From positions 13,826,001-13,890,000 of the forward strand of contig NC_134473.1 in NCBI RefSeq assembly GCF_964194025.1: a DNA stretch of 64,000 bases, read 5' to 3'. Positions 37,810 to 49,685 of the stretch are shown here, piece after piece (positions within the stretch are counted from its first letter, which is position 1; the number at the start of each line of letters is the position of its first letter). Position numbers and translations under genes: made by a program. Under the pieces are notes generated by a model. The model did not search any database and was not told where the DNA came from. It saw only the letters and a list, made by a program, of their open reading frames with translations. Origin of the DNA: Convolutriloba macropyga. Its lineage: Eukaryota.

Positions 37810-39959
37810 ATACAATCCAAGGAATTGAATGAAAAACAGGCCTCATGTACCTGACCAGCAGATCAATTGAACAATCCCAGCCAAAAAGACGAAATCTCGA
37901 AAGTTGAGAAACTAAAAGAATCAAACTAAACAAAAAAACAATTATTCATAAAACTCTTGAAGCTTTTAACCTGAAGTCCATTTATGACACAATGCAATAT
38001 AGTCATTAACTCACGCAAAAGACTTGAAAGAGATTAATTTGACACTAAAGGTAGATAATCACGAAAAAAATGACAAAGACTTCAAAAAGAAATGTGAAAA
38101 AAATTCTTCAAATGAAAAGGAAAAATTTAAAGATATTTTTCGAAAAGGTGTCTGGAAAAAATGTTCAAATTCATTTTTTCTCTGTGGAGTTGTCTTGTAA
38201 CCCATCAGCAACATTTTAAAAGTTTCGTTGGCCCATAAAGATAGTTAAACTTAGAAAATGACAAAAAAATTCAAAAAATTTGAAAACAATCAAAAAAATT
38301 TAAATTGCAAGCTTTATTTAAAAAATTGCTTTTATTTGCAATCTTAAAAACAAAAACTATTTTGTTGCCACTAGAAACTCTGCAAAAACATACTAGCAAA
38401 CTCAATAGCAGCAAACCCATGGCCACTGAGGAAAAAGACTAAAATTTCAGTAAGTCAAAGAAAAAATTACAATTTAGAAATCGCTTAAATTTGTAATATT
38501 ATAATCTTGAAACACATTCCCCATTACTACTAAAAACTATGCAGTAACCTATCACCAAAACCTAAAGGAAATGTTTTGGCTATTCAGGTTAGAGAAACAT
38601 AAAAATTGACAACACGTTTCAAAAATTTGAAAAAAATTGGCTTATGCCATGGCCAATAAAAATTTTGCAGTAAACTATTAGCAAATCCTAAACAAGATTT
38701 CTTGCCCCCTGGAGCTGGAAAACTTGAATAATGACAATTAATGTCAGAAAATTGGAAATAACTGCAAGTTTTATCAAAAAAATTGGTAAAATTCGTAAGT
38801 TGAAAACCATTCCATTACCGCTAGAAACTATAAAATAACCTATTATTGTGACACCAAGAGCTGAAACAACAAAAATTCAAAAAACTTGAAAAAATTTTTA
38901 AAATTAGAATAAATTACCGTGTTTATGTTTGGTGTAGCAATGCATATAGCTCTTAAAATGGCCATAAAAAGTTATTACGTCTTGCAAAAGACCTTTACCA
39001 ACTTTTACAAACCTCAATTTCAGACTGGTCCAACAAAAAATCCGAAAGAGACGGAAAAATTGCAACATTTTGGGCTCAAAAACTTCTGAAAATGACCTGT
39101 TAACCTTGAATGACGGCCTTCCCAGTAGCTTCACCACTCTAAGTACTTGAAGAACTACTAAACGCGGCTAAGGGCCTCTAATGAAACTTGATGCCCGCTG
39201 AGCTTTACCGGTTTATCCCGTTTTGAAAGCTCAAAGTCATAAAAGGTGTGAAAACCTTACAAAAATAAAAAACATAGCAGGACAAGTCCTGACGTACAAT
39301 TCAAAAAATTTTCATTGACTAAACAGAAAAAAAAACTAGACCTAGAATGGACTATGAGTGAATTGAGAAAACCATTTTAAATAAATCAGATCAAAAAAAT
39401 AAGAAATAAACAGAAAATCAATGTCAAAATGCCGCATGTGAACAAAAAAAACCACTAGCGAGAAATGAAAATTTAATTCAAACAAAAGAATAGGCCTAGA
39501 ATGAGCTGTGAATGGCTTGGGAAAACCATTTAGAAAAAAATCCGATCCAAAAAATCGAAAGAACAGTTAAAATCAGAGTGAAATTGCCGCACGCGAACAA
39601 AAAACCACTACCGAGAAACCGAATTTTTGTTCAAACACCGTTTTCTCACTCTACTTTAAAATTAGAGCGAAAAAAAATTCACGCCACAAAACCACTCGCT
39701 TTTTCGCTCCATTTCCTGTTTCGGCGTGACCAAAATCACCACTCCAATTTGACTTCAAAAATCATGAAAATGTGTGAACAGATCTTAAAAAAAAGACAGC
39801 GCCCCAATACAATTCAAATTCTTTGAATTGTAAAAATTCTTTGAATTGTAAAAATTCTTTGAATTGTAAAAAGACAGAGCACCAATACAATCCAATTCTT
39901 GGATTGTAAAAAACCAAGAGAAGGTCAATAATAGCCCCAGCTATCGCTGTGCGACTATT
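37810..39959 (-). mobile_element. HINE family E (to 39907) containing family C (39273-39831), followed by a B1 closing end
   Basis: The C copy is near-identical to 3864-4420. The empty E end is seen at 28840-28897. Confidence 0.72.
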
Positions 39960-40829
39960 AAACAATGAACGATACCAAAAACTTGAAAAAATTGAAAACA
40001 CGTGTTTCCGAGTGGAATCAAGACGCCGAATACAGTTAGATCCTTTCATTAGATCTTTGAAGCGACATGAGACTTGATTACAAACCAAACAAATATAAAC
40101 GCATAAGGTCAGACGAACAGTTCTCGAACGACTCTAGTGGGGGATAGAAATTTTGCTACATAAGTGCATGCTGATAGGAGTGTTTTGTGTGCAACAAGAT
40201 AATGAAACTATTATAGACCACTATTAAATAGAACAAAAAATCTATGACGTAAAAGTAAATCGATTTATTAAAATTACTACAAAATTTTTCAACAAAAACA
40301 TTTTGGAAAGTTTTAAAACTTACCAGCGCAATGCTTCAAAAACTAAGATATTTGAGAATTCAAGGTTGTTATGTCTTCTACAAAAACATTATTTGACTAC
40401 CGTCAGACAAATTGCTTTCAAATGATTGACTTTCGTCATCGCTAGCTTGAGTTTAGTGAGCCTATTATGGTGGTCGTACGAAAAATCACAAAAAAACAAC
40501 CAAAGGGACTGAAGTCTTTGCTACAAACTCAATTTCATAGAAAAAAAGACCTTACTCGGACTGCTATCAAATTTTGATATCCAATCTTCATTTCTGCCAT
40601 ACGTTTAAAGTGTGCATATTATTTGCAATCCACAACCGCGCAAGCCATATTTTATTAATGATTTGCTACGCAAAGACAGTTACTCTGACAGTTACAAAGC
40701 GTATTTCGTTTCAAGCAAAATAGTACGCTCATGCAATCCGATTCCGTTGAGAATATCTTCAGGCTGAGTTTTTTGTGCTAAGCACAGACTTCACGAATCA
40801 TGTATATTTAACCTTTATGTTCATCTTAC

Positions 40830-42720
40830 TAACCTTTCTTCATTTTAAAAAGTATCGCAACCTTGTAAATCGAAAGTTAAAAGAAGCACAAAATCAATTT
40901 TCAGAGGATTTTTTAAGAAAATTGAAACCTCGAAAGAGAAAGGGAAATTCATTAAGAAAAATATTGGAAAAAAACAACAGTCCAAAAATCACTGAAATTG
41001 ATTGAAATGGTAAAAAAAAACGAAAGACAAAAAATCAATATGTAACGCTTTTAACAGAGTTTTCAGCGAAATGGGCATCTACAGAGGGCAGATTGTTCCA
41101 CCGAACGTCGAAAAAATAGAGCGGACACTTCATGAGTTTAACTTTAGACCTTTTACTTTGAGGCAAATCTATAAAGTTATTGACAATCTAGACAACAACA
41201 AAGCACCAGGGCCGGGACATCAATGCTTGGGCATTGAAATCCGGAAAATAAGCTATTAGGACACATCTTCAGATTATATTTAACGATTGTATTCAAGAGA
41301 AAGTTTTTCCAACAATTCTTAAGGATGCACACATCACCAATTTTCAAAAAAGGAGATGTTTCTGTTTCAACTAATTATCGTCCAATTTCGTAACACCAAC
41401 TTTCGCAAAAGTTTTTAAGAGACTTTTACTTAATCAGTTAGTAGAAAATCTTGAAAAATTGCGCTTTTGAACAGAAAACAATACAGTTTTCAATCCGGAA
41501 AGTCGTCTACTGATGCTGTGCTTTATTTTATTGAAAAATTTACTTTATTGAAATCTTTCCATGAGATCTTTCTCAAGAAAGCTGAAATTTCAACCTCTCT
41601 CAATCAACAATTTTACTTTTCAAATCTTTTCTCGCAAATCGAACGAAATGCGTAAAACTGGGTAGGGTATTGACTTATCAGATAAAAAACTATTAATCAT
41701 GGTGTTCCACAAGGAACTGTGTTAAAACCTCTTATTTTTCTGTTATATGACATCGATTTTTCTGAAAAACTTGAAGGTGAAAATGATTTTATTCAGTTTG
41801 CGGATGACACTAGTATTATACGCAAATTTGAACGTAATGAAAACATTCCACAGAAAAATGAAAAATTATTAGAACAAACAGACAACGATCCAACAGAGAA
41901 TCAACTCACTTTAAATGCCGATAAAACATGTTATTCTTTACAAACCATAATAATTCGGATCCAGAGTTTTCCTTTAAAGGCCAAGTTATCAAACCAGCTC
42001 ATGCTTGTCGTTGTCTGGGAGTACAAATTGATTCAAACCTAACCTTTGAAAATCACCAGAAATCAGTTTTAAGCAGAATGGCTAATTGAAATCGTTCTTT
42101 CTATCTCGTAAGAAATCAAATTCCTTTGAAAGTAAGAATTGATGTTTTCAAGTCAGTTGTACTCTCTCATTAAAAAATCAAATTCTTTTAAAAGTAAGAA
42201 TTGATGTTTTCAAGTAATTTGTACTCTGTCATTTTTCTTTCAGTGGAGTATTCTTTAAAACTCGTACAGTGAAAAACATAAACCGCATAACAGGCAAATA
42301 AACTGGGGAATAAAAGTTTTGTTATTTTCAACAAAAATTTGACCACTCTATTGATCTTCTCATTAAGGATCGTATCCTGCCAGCCGAATTGTTTCTCAGA
42401 AGTTAGACTAAGGAAACTACAAACATATATAAGACACTGGGAAACATCCGAAAATTTTAAAATGTTTACTAGTCGCCATAACGCTAGACAGAACAAGAGA
42501 ACAAATCAAATTATTATGAAAAAGAAACCGAAATGGAGTTACAAATCTTTAAACTTGAAAAGCGTTCAAATATGGAACAAATTGCCCTCCTCAATAAGAA
42601 CTTTTAATAGTAAAACTTGCTTTAAAAATGCTAAATGTTTTAACCGAGTATTTGCTCGATCAACACAAGGTGCCCGTTAATTGACAAATAGGAGCCTTCA
42701 AATCCTATTTTTTCCTACGA
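40830..42720 (+). mobile_element. 5'-truncated, frameshifted LINE (CR1/L2/Jockey-like) reverse transcriptase region
   Basis: Motifs in order: KAPGPG, NYRP, QYSFQSGKSSTDA, GVPQGTVLKPLIFLLY, FADDT, QLTLNADKT, WNKLP. Confidence 0.85.
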
Positions 42721-42867
42721 GAACAAACAGCCACAATTTGAAGATTATATTAATAACAATGCCGATTAATTTATTTAACATTTGAAAGCATGTAGATATC
42801 TAACCTTAGGGTTATATTCTGAGTAATTTACATGTTTCGAAAAAAACACTTAATGACATTGATAAAA

Positions 42868-44512
42868 CATAACCAACGCATGTCGGGCAGATTGCTCTCC
42901 ATTGTTTCTACTGGACCTGGGGAGGGAATGGAAGCAGAGCATAATATAGGCTTATGAAGGCTTTTCAATTGTTGTTGTTAGTAATTATATTGTCCAATAG
43001 TGAGATTCAAAATAAAAAGCACCAATTTCGGCGCGCAGTTCAATTGAAGTTTAGTAGTATACTGACGGCACTAGAGCTAAACTGCTCAAAATTGTGGAGG
43101 AGCAACTTATATGACCCAAAAATTAAGAACTCAAGCATGGCAAAAGTCACAGCGGTCAAACACAAATTTTGCATTAAAAAGAAGGGGCTCCGCAGCATTC
43201 AGTCCGAACCAATTTGGTTGCTCAAAAAATGAGGGCGGCGGATGATCATTTCCACATCAATTTTCAAAGAATCAGATTTAAACTCTAGACTCACGTTTCC
43301 CAGATGCAAGAAAAAACTTGGTGCGGAAATCTTAAAAATAGCGAGCATTGGTGTGAAAAACGCAAAAAAGCACTAAATTCGACGTGAGGACACTGCTTCA
43401 AAACCGCGAACTCCAGGATAGCAACAAACTTCAATTCGGAGTAAGAGCAATGCAATTAAAATCACTCAAAATTAAAAAGCGAGGCGTGAAAAAGTAACTT
43501 GAGAAATAACAGAATGTTCTAGAACAAGAGCGCAAAAACAGTCAAGTGAAAACTAAGATTGCCCGAAAATAGTCGCAATAGACGCTTGAGGCCTTCCATG
43601 AAATGAATTACTAAAGAAAGGAGATAGAGATTGACCACCAGTACTTTAATAGACCACTAGACTTTTTGATTAGATTCCGACTGTCATTTTTATGAGATAC
43701 ATACGCTCTATAAAAAGCCCTAAGAGCTTTTTCAAAATTAATATTCGAAACCAAAACTCAAGACTCTAATACCCGAGAATTTGGGCATGTACGTTTGACA
43801 CCTCTTAGATGCACACTTTTGATCTTTAACTAGTAAATGTTCATAAAATTTAAAGTTCATTAAGTGAGTTGAGAAATCATTTTTTTAGTGAGGTAAGTCA
43901 CGCAAATGACCTAAAAGCAGAACAAATGACGTTAAGCAAACAAAATTTAACTGCAAAGCAGTAGCAGTCACTGACATTGAAAAAGTCAACGGTCGCAAGA
44001 ATCATCGATGGAGACGAATTAAAGAAAACCACCATGTCCCCAATAATAGCCGCTATCGCTTCGCGGCTATTAATAAAAAAACACATGTAAAATAATTGCT
44101 TTAAAACTGCCTTCGAGAGCAATTAAAACCATAAAACGACTAACGTCGGATGAATTGCTCTGGAACGACAATCAACTTCATTTAGAGGAGCATGTACCTT
44201 AGAAATGTGTTGTGGGTGCAAACTAACTCCATCCCACAGGGGTTTGAAACTGGGACCTCCATGATGCCATTCCAACATCTTAGCCACTAAGCTACAATGG
44301 CTTTTACACTCACAATCAGTTTTATAGTAGCAACAATCTTTATTTCAGAAATCGAGCAACTTAAAGGCCACTCTAAAATGAACTCAAGCGTGAAAAACTC
44401 ACTCAAGTCACAGAATGTTCTAGAACAAAAGCGCAAAAACGGTCACGCAAAAATTCTGTATAAAAACACGCACGTTTACAATAAATGCTTCAAACGTCGT
44501 TCAAGAGCAATT
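42868..44512 (-). mobile_element. Two head-to-tail family A HINEs (42868-44124, containing B2 at ~43555-44071; and 44130-44512, with a tRNA-like cassette)
   Basis: Family A ends at both positions, and the B2 body matches 10355-10800. Confidence 0.7.
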
Positions 44513-44802
44513 AAAACCGTGCAAAATGCCGATAGAAACCCAATACCCACCTTTGCTTAGTAAGAACATTGATGAGACAAATAATATCCCTATGCTTCGT
44601 CATGTTCGTGAAAGAGCGCAGTACGACTAATTGCGCAACTCCCCCTTACATGAAAAAATAAACCTGAGTTACTAAGCCAACTGATTCGTACAATTTAACA
44701 ACATTGAATTGGAGAGCATGTGAACTTGCACTTTCATACTTCTCTACAGAAAGCAACATCCTATAACAATATCAAGCACAGATCAATTTGTCCACTATTA
44801 CA

Positions 44803-45669
44803 CTAAGCGTTGAGCGCCATTGTCAGCAGTTTATCTTGAACAGAGATCTGGTTTTCAATCAACTTCGATAAATACAACACCATAAGATTATCCTTGAGAT
44901 CTCTGTTAATCGTCTCTTTGAATTGCTCTGGCTTGATTTGAGGCAAATTCATGATCAACTCTGTCAGCATTCTACCAACATGACTGTCTCCACTTTTGTT
45001 ACCAGCCATCACTGCCTCAACATACATTATAAGCTGATCCAATCTGCTCAGAATCGACTCACAACTGTTCTTTATCAAGTCTATGTCACTCAATGCAGGC
45101 ACAACTCTTTCTTTCTGAACTATGCCCTGCTTGAATATCTCAATAGCTGAAGTATCGGCTGAATGTTGCACTACATTAAGAGGGACTGGATTGAAGATAT
45201 GACCTAGGGTCTGTTTTGGAACGCCCATTGGTGAGCTAATAAACGCTTTAACATCAATCCGCCTGTTGATTTTAGATATCGTCTCGACTAAGACATGAAC
45301 AGGAGCTTTAACACATGCTCCAGTATAGAATTCGTGGATCAATAACGAGTGCTCATTGATTGCATTGCCAGTAGCGAACCACCCGACAATGGTTCCAGAG
45401 GTGTTGGCCTTCTTATGCAGTTCGAACATTCTGTGAGCTGCAAGTTTATCAACAGCAACTTCATCATCTGTCTCTTTATGAGGGACCATGAAACAAGCGT
45501 TAACTTCGATTACGCCTCCAGCATCGTGGGTTCCGAGAAGCGTACCCATGACCCTCTGGTCGTTTGCATTTCGCCTTTCGTAGAAGTCGAGAATGCTGAA
45601 GATGACATCTAGCTTGATATTGACATACTTGATGCCAGTAGCAGTCCCTGAGTCCTTGTTTGAACTCAT
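44803..45669 (-). CDS. EIF3F: Eukaryotic translation initiation factor 3 subunit F (MPN domain), single-exon CDS, 288 aa
   Basis: Motifs VIFSILDFYERR, RVMGTLLG, CFMVPHKE, IVGWFATG, SLLIHEFY and a C-terminal DNLMVLYLSKL are typical of eIF3f. Confidence 0.93.
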   Translation of the reverse strand: MSSNKDSGTATGIKYVNIKLDVIFSILDFYERRNANDQRVMGTLLGTHDAGGVIEVNACFMVPHKETDDEVAVDKLAAHRMFELHKKANTSGTIVGWFATGNAINEHSLLIHEFYTGACVKAPVHVLVETISKINRRIDVKAFISSPMGVPKQTLGHIFNPVPLNVVQHSADTSAIEIFKQGIVQKERVVPALSDIDLIKNSCESILSRLDQLIMYVEAVMAGNKSGDSHVGRMLTELIMNLPQIKPEQFKETINRDLKDNLMVLYLSKLIENQISVQDKLLTMALNA

Positions 45670-46030
45670 TTCTTATCTTAAAGCAAATACTTTTTAATAA
45701 AATAAGCTCCCCAGTGAGTAAGACAATTTCACTTTCCCAAAAGGAAAAAATATTTGTAGCGAGGTTCAAAAAGAGTTACGAGTTATATTTGAGTGTTCAA
45801 AGGAAGTTCTTAACATTCCGCCATGATTTCTAGTATGACCAAGTCCATGTCCATCTCAATAACCGCTGGGACTCATTTCCGCGAAATTGGACCAAAATTG
45901 AAGCTAGTTAAAGTTAAATTAAATCAAAACTTATTTGAAATCATTTTTACATTTGCAAAATTTAGCGCACTCATATCATGGGGGGTAAGGATAATTACAC
46001 TGGGCTACAGCTAATATACATGACAGTCTT

Positions 46031-46697
46031 CTATCCATACGCATTTGAGTTTCGAAAAATTGACGGGTCGGGGTCGTCTAAATCCTCGTAATTTGGAACC
46101 CTTGGGGAAGCCGAAGCACCGGGACCTGACTGAGGGGCACTGTTTGCGTCATCCAGTGGTTTCCGACAAACTGGACAGGCATTGTGAAGTTTTAACCAGG
46201 GCTCAATGCACTCTTTGTGAAACAAATGGCCACATGGAAGGCACTTGACAGTTTCATTAAGAGAGAACTTATCTTGACAGACGCTGCAGTCACTTTCTGC
46301 TTTTACATGATCAGAGTTGATAACCACAGACCCTATGGAGTCAATTGTGGTTTGACTGCAGGGAGGGGGACCTCCTCCTTCAAGCTGGTCCATCATTTGT
46401 GTTAATATCGCATCCAAGCCACCTGGACCCCAGGCATAGTCTTGCGGATTGCCATTGACAGTGACAACGTTAAAGGGAGGATGCAACATGAGCCCGTCTA
46501 TGAGTCTGTGCAGTGCGTCGTTTGAAAGGGGCATTCCCTGAGGCAGAGCAGTGGGAGTGCTCAGCATAGTCATGTCCTCGTTTGAGTCAAACACGATGCT
46601 GTGTGGAGTAGCCGGCATTCTTGGGTGACGTCGAGGACGACGGTGTGGTCTGCTAGAACTACTCCCCTGTTGAGTTGTGGTCGATGTCCCGTTTCCT
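46031..46697 (-). CDS. RNF126: RNF126/RNF115-like E3 ligase, coding exon 2 (RING-H2)
   Basis: Contains GNPQDYAWGPGGLDAILTQMM and the RING-H2 CSVC...CGHLFHKECIEPWLKLHNACPVC. Acceptor tggtttag at 46698 is phase 2. The joined CDS is 352 aa. Confidence 0.9.
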
Positions 46698-49685
46698 CTA
46701 AACCAGGTAAACAAAAGTTTGCATTGACAATATTCAACTGTCAAACGCTGATTCATCCAGATAATGGCGCATAATTTTACATCATAAGATTTTAACTCTC
46801 AGTAAAGGAGTTCTCTGCTCATATTAATTATAAAAACAGACCATCTGATTGACCCGACTCCTATCATTCAATTGCTCCATCGTCAGCTCTACTGACATGA
46901 ATGTCGACAATTAGAAAATTTAAAAATTTTTTTGGAAGATATGCAGTTAGTGGCGAAACTAAAAACATCAGGTAAAACAGACCAATGATTACTAAAAAGT
47001 ACTAGATAATGTTTTATCCAGAACACTAAAATTCGTCAATTTAAAATTCCAAATTTGCGATCTCCGCCTCGATTTTCCTATCAAACTTTCCTAGAGTAAT
47101 AGAACAGAAATATAAATGTGACCTATTGCCTTTATAAAAAGACGTAACTCAATGTATTATCAAAACACAACACTTGATTGGCTTAAAGGCTCACCATTAA
47201 CTCTACTAGTTGTTCCGACTCCACTTGTGGGGGGAGAAACTATATACTCAAATGGGTTTTTTTTTGTTCAGACAATTTTGGTCGATCGATATACTCATCG
47301 TAGAGAAATTAAGTGGTATCATTAAAAAGCTCGCCCAGTGTAGAAATCGAAATTAAAGGGATTATTTTCAATTTCGCATTTCTTGAGGAGCTATCGAGGA
47401 TTGCAGTTTTGTGTGAACACCGCATACGCATATTTGGCATGATTTTGTTCACTTTTAGTGTAATTTTTTTCTTCAAATAATCAATTTTTTTAATTTAAAT
47501 ATAAATTCAAAATTACATTTCAAACCACAAAATGAATCAATTTTGTGTTCCTAATAGACAAAAGGCAATAAAAAAGACTAGTTCTGGTCTCATAAGAAAG
47601 TTTACAATAAAAAAATTGAATTCTATCTGAAAGCTTTTTTTTAAATAAAACTTTTCATTTCTTTGTTTTCTTAGGTCACCTAGAAACTAGTCACTTTTCA
47701 TATCAAGCTTCCGGTAATGACGAACCCTAATTACGGTCAAATGAAGCCCAATGAACAAAACATTCGTTTTCAAGGAATCACTCAGTTATCGTAATTTAAA
47801 ATGAAATTTTGATTTTCTTTTTGAGGTTTTACTAAATTTTCGGAGTCTTATGGCATTCACTGACTCGTTGACCAAAACTGCATTAAGCTCCGTAATGAGC
47901 ATTAAAGGAACCTATCTAGTGCTTTGAGTGGACAGCTGATGGCTGTTAAGTCTTTGAAAATAAATTCTCGAAATTTTTTTTAACATTGATCAATCATAAA
48001 CCTATTTGCGTGAACTTTGAGTCAGTCACAGTAATGACAGGATCCCCTTTATTCCTACTGCAACCAAAACGAATCAGTTTATCGGTTTTATCTTCTAGTT
48101 ATTGGTTTTATGACTTCGAAGCCAAAAGATTTTTTAAAAAATTTTAAAATTTTTTTGGTATTTTTGATTCCCGTTGAAATCTTAACACATTATCCTTATA
48201 TTGATAGCTCCAACTGGCTTAGACATTCAATGGATTGAAGATAAATTTTTCAGATAAAAGGTTAAGTTTTAAATGGCTTCGACAGTTTCTCGCACTTTTC
48301 TACTGAATTTTTGGTTTTTGCCTGTATTTGATGATGTTTTCGTAGTCAATAGTCTTATTGTGATGCCTTATTGATTACTTATGCACGAAAAACATCCTTA
48401 TCCTCCCAATGAGGAATAACCGAGCGTATTTACTAAATTCCGTTGAAAGCTATTAAATTTAATGGCTGTTAAGACTTTGAAAATAATTTTTCAAAAAATT
48501 TTTGAACATTAACCGAATTTAATTTTTTTTGGTGAACTGTGCTTCTGTCTCTGTAATGACAGGATCCCCTTAATTCATACTGCAACCATAATTAGTATAA
48601 ATTAGTATAAATTGAAGGAAAAATATATAGTATTCGGATAATAGCTAATGATTTTATTGGCTTCAATAATTTGTGCTTTCGCAAATTGTTTAAAATTTTT
48701 TGAGTTTTTCCGCATTTTTAGTCTCTTCCTATGGCTTAGTCTAACCGAAGACAGGCCGTATTAGCTTCATAATAAATTTTTTATTAAATTTATTAAGAAT
48801 TATTTTGTTAAAAACTAATGTTTTTAACGACTTTAAAAATTATTTGGTTTACAAAATGTTGATTGATTTTTGAATTTCGACTCATTATTTCTTCTTTTGT
48901 CGATTTGTTACCTAGTCTCATTAAGGAAAATTTCCATCTCCTGTATAGTTGGGAATAATTATATTTGAGGTTTTATCCGATTAAATTTTGACGTTGTTAC
49001 TACGTGCTTTTAAATTTAGGTATTTAGTTTTTGCCGTAAAATTCTTTTTTGCTTATCTTGCTGTTTGTTTTTTATCTTAGTTTTTGTAATTACAGATCTC
49101 GTGAGCGCTGTATTGAGGTCTGGCATTATGTAATTCACTTAGTTAGGTTTTGTAACGATTTTTTTTCAACTCAAACATCTATTTTTGTTATCTCTTCATT
49201 TGGTTGACAATTAAGGCAAAAATGTACATGAGCTCGGGTCGAAACATAATGTGCGAACGCACATTAGCGAGCCTCCTTGTTTTTCTATTATCCTTTATGG
49301 ATTGCTGCTGTGGTTATGCGCTCAGCTATTAGAAGACTGAGCTGTCGGACAAATTATCTTTCTAATAAAGATTTTTTCTGATCGTGAGTTTGCTAAAAAC
49401 TTTGTGTTTTGCTGAGATTTTTATTCAATTTTATGGAACCAACTGAGCTGCAGAGAGCAGGTGAAAAGCAGTACCTTAATATATCAGTTATGCTATACAT
49501 AATTTTACAAAACATTTTTCAACCAGTCGAATTCCAGCATCACCATATGCAATAAAAAAAGAAATGAGTCCACGTATTTAGTACTATCCGTTGAGCGCTG
49601 AAAATCAACCACAAAATTAGATTTCAGCCGAGTAGGATTAAAAATAAGAACAGAAAACTTTCCACCGGGAACAAATTTATAACAA

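Noticed and set aside
47200-49450. T-rich block with reversed strand skew in the RNF126 intron
   Set aside because: Probably one or more insertions in the opposite orientation, but I could not identify termini or a TSD, so no feature was called.
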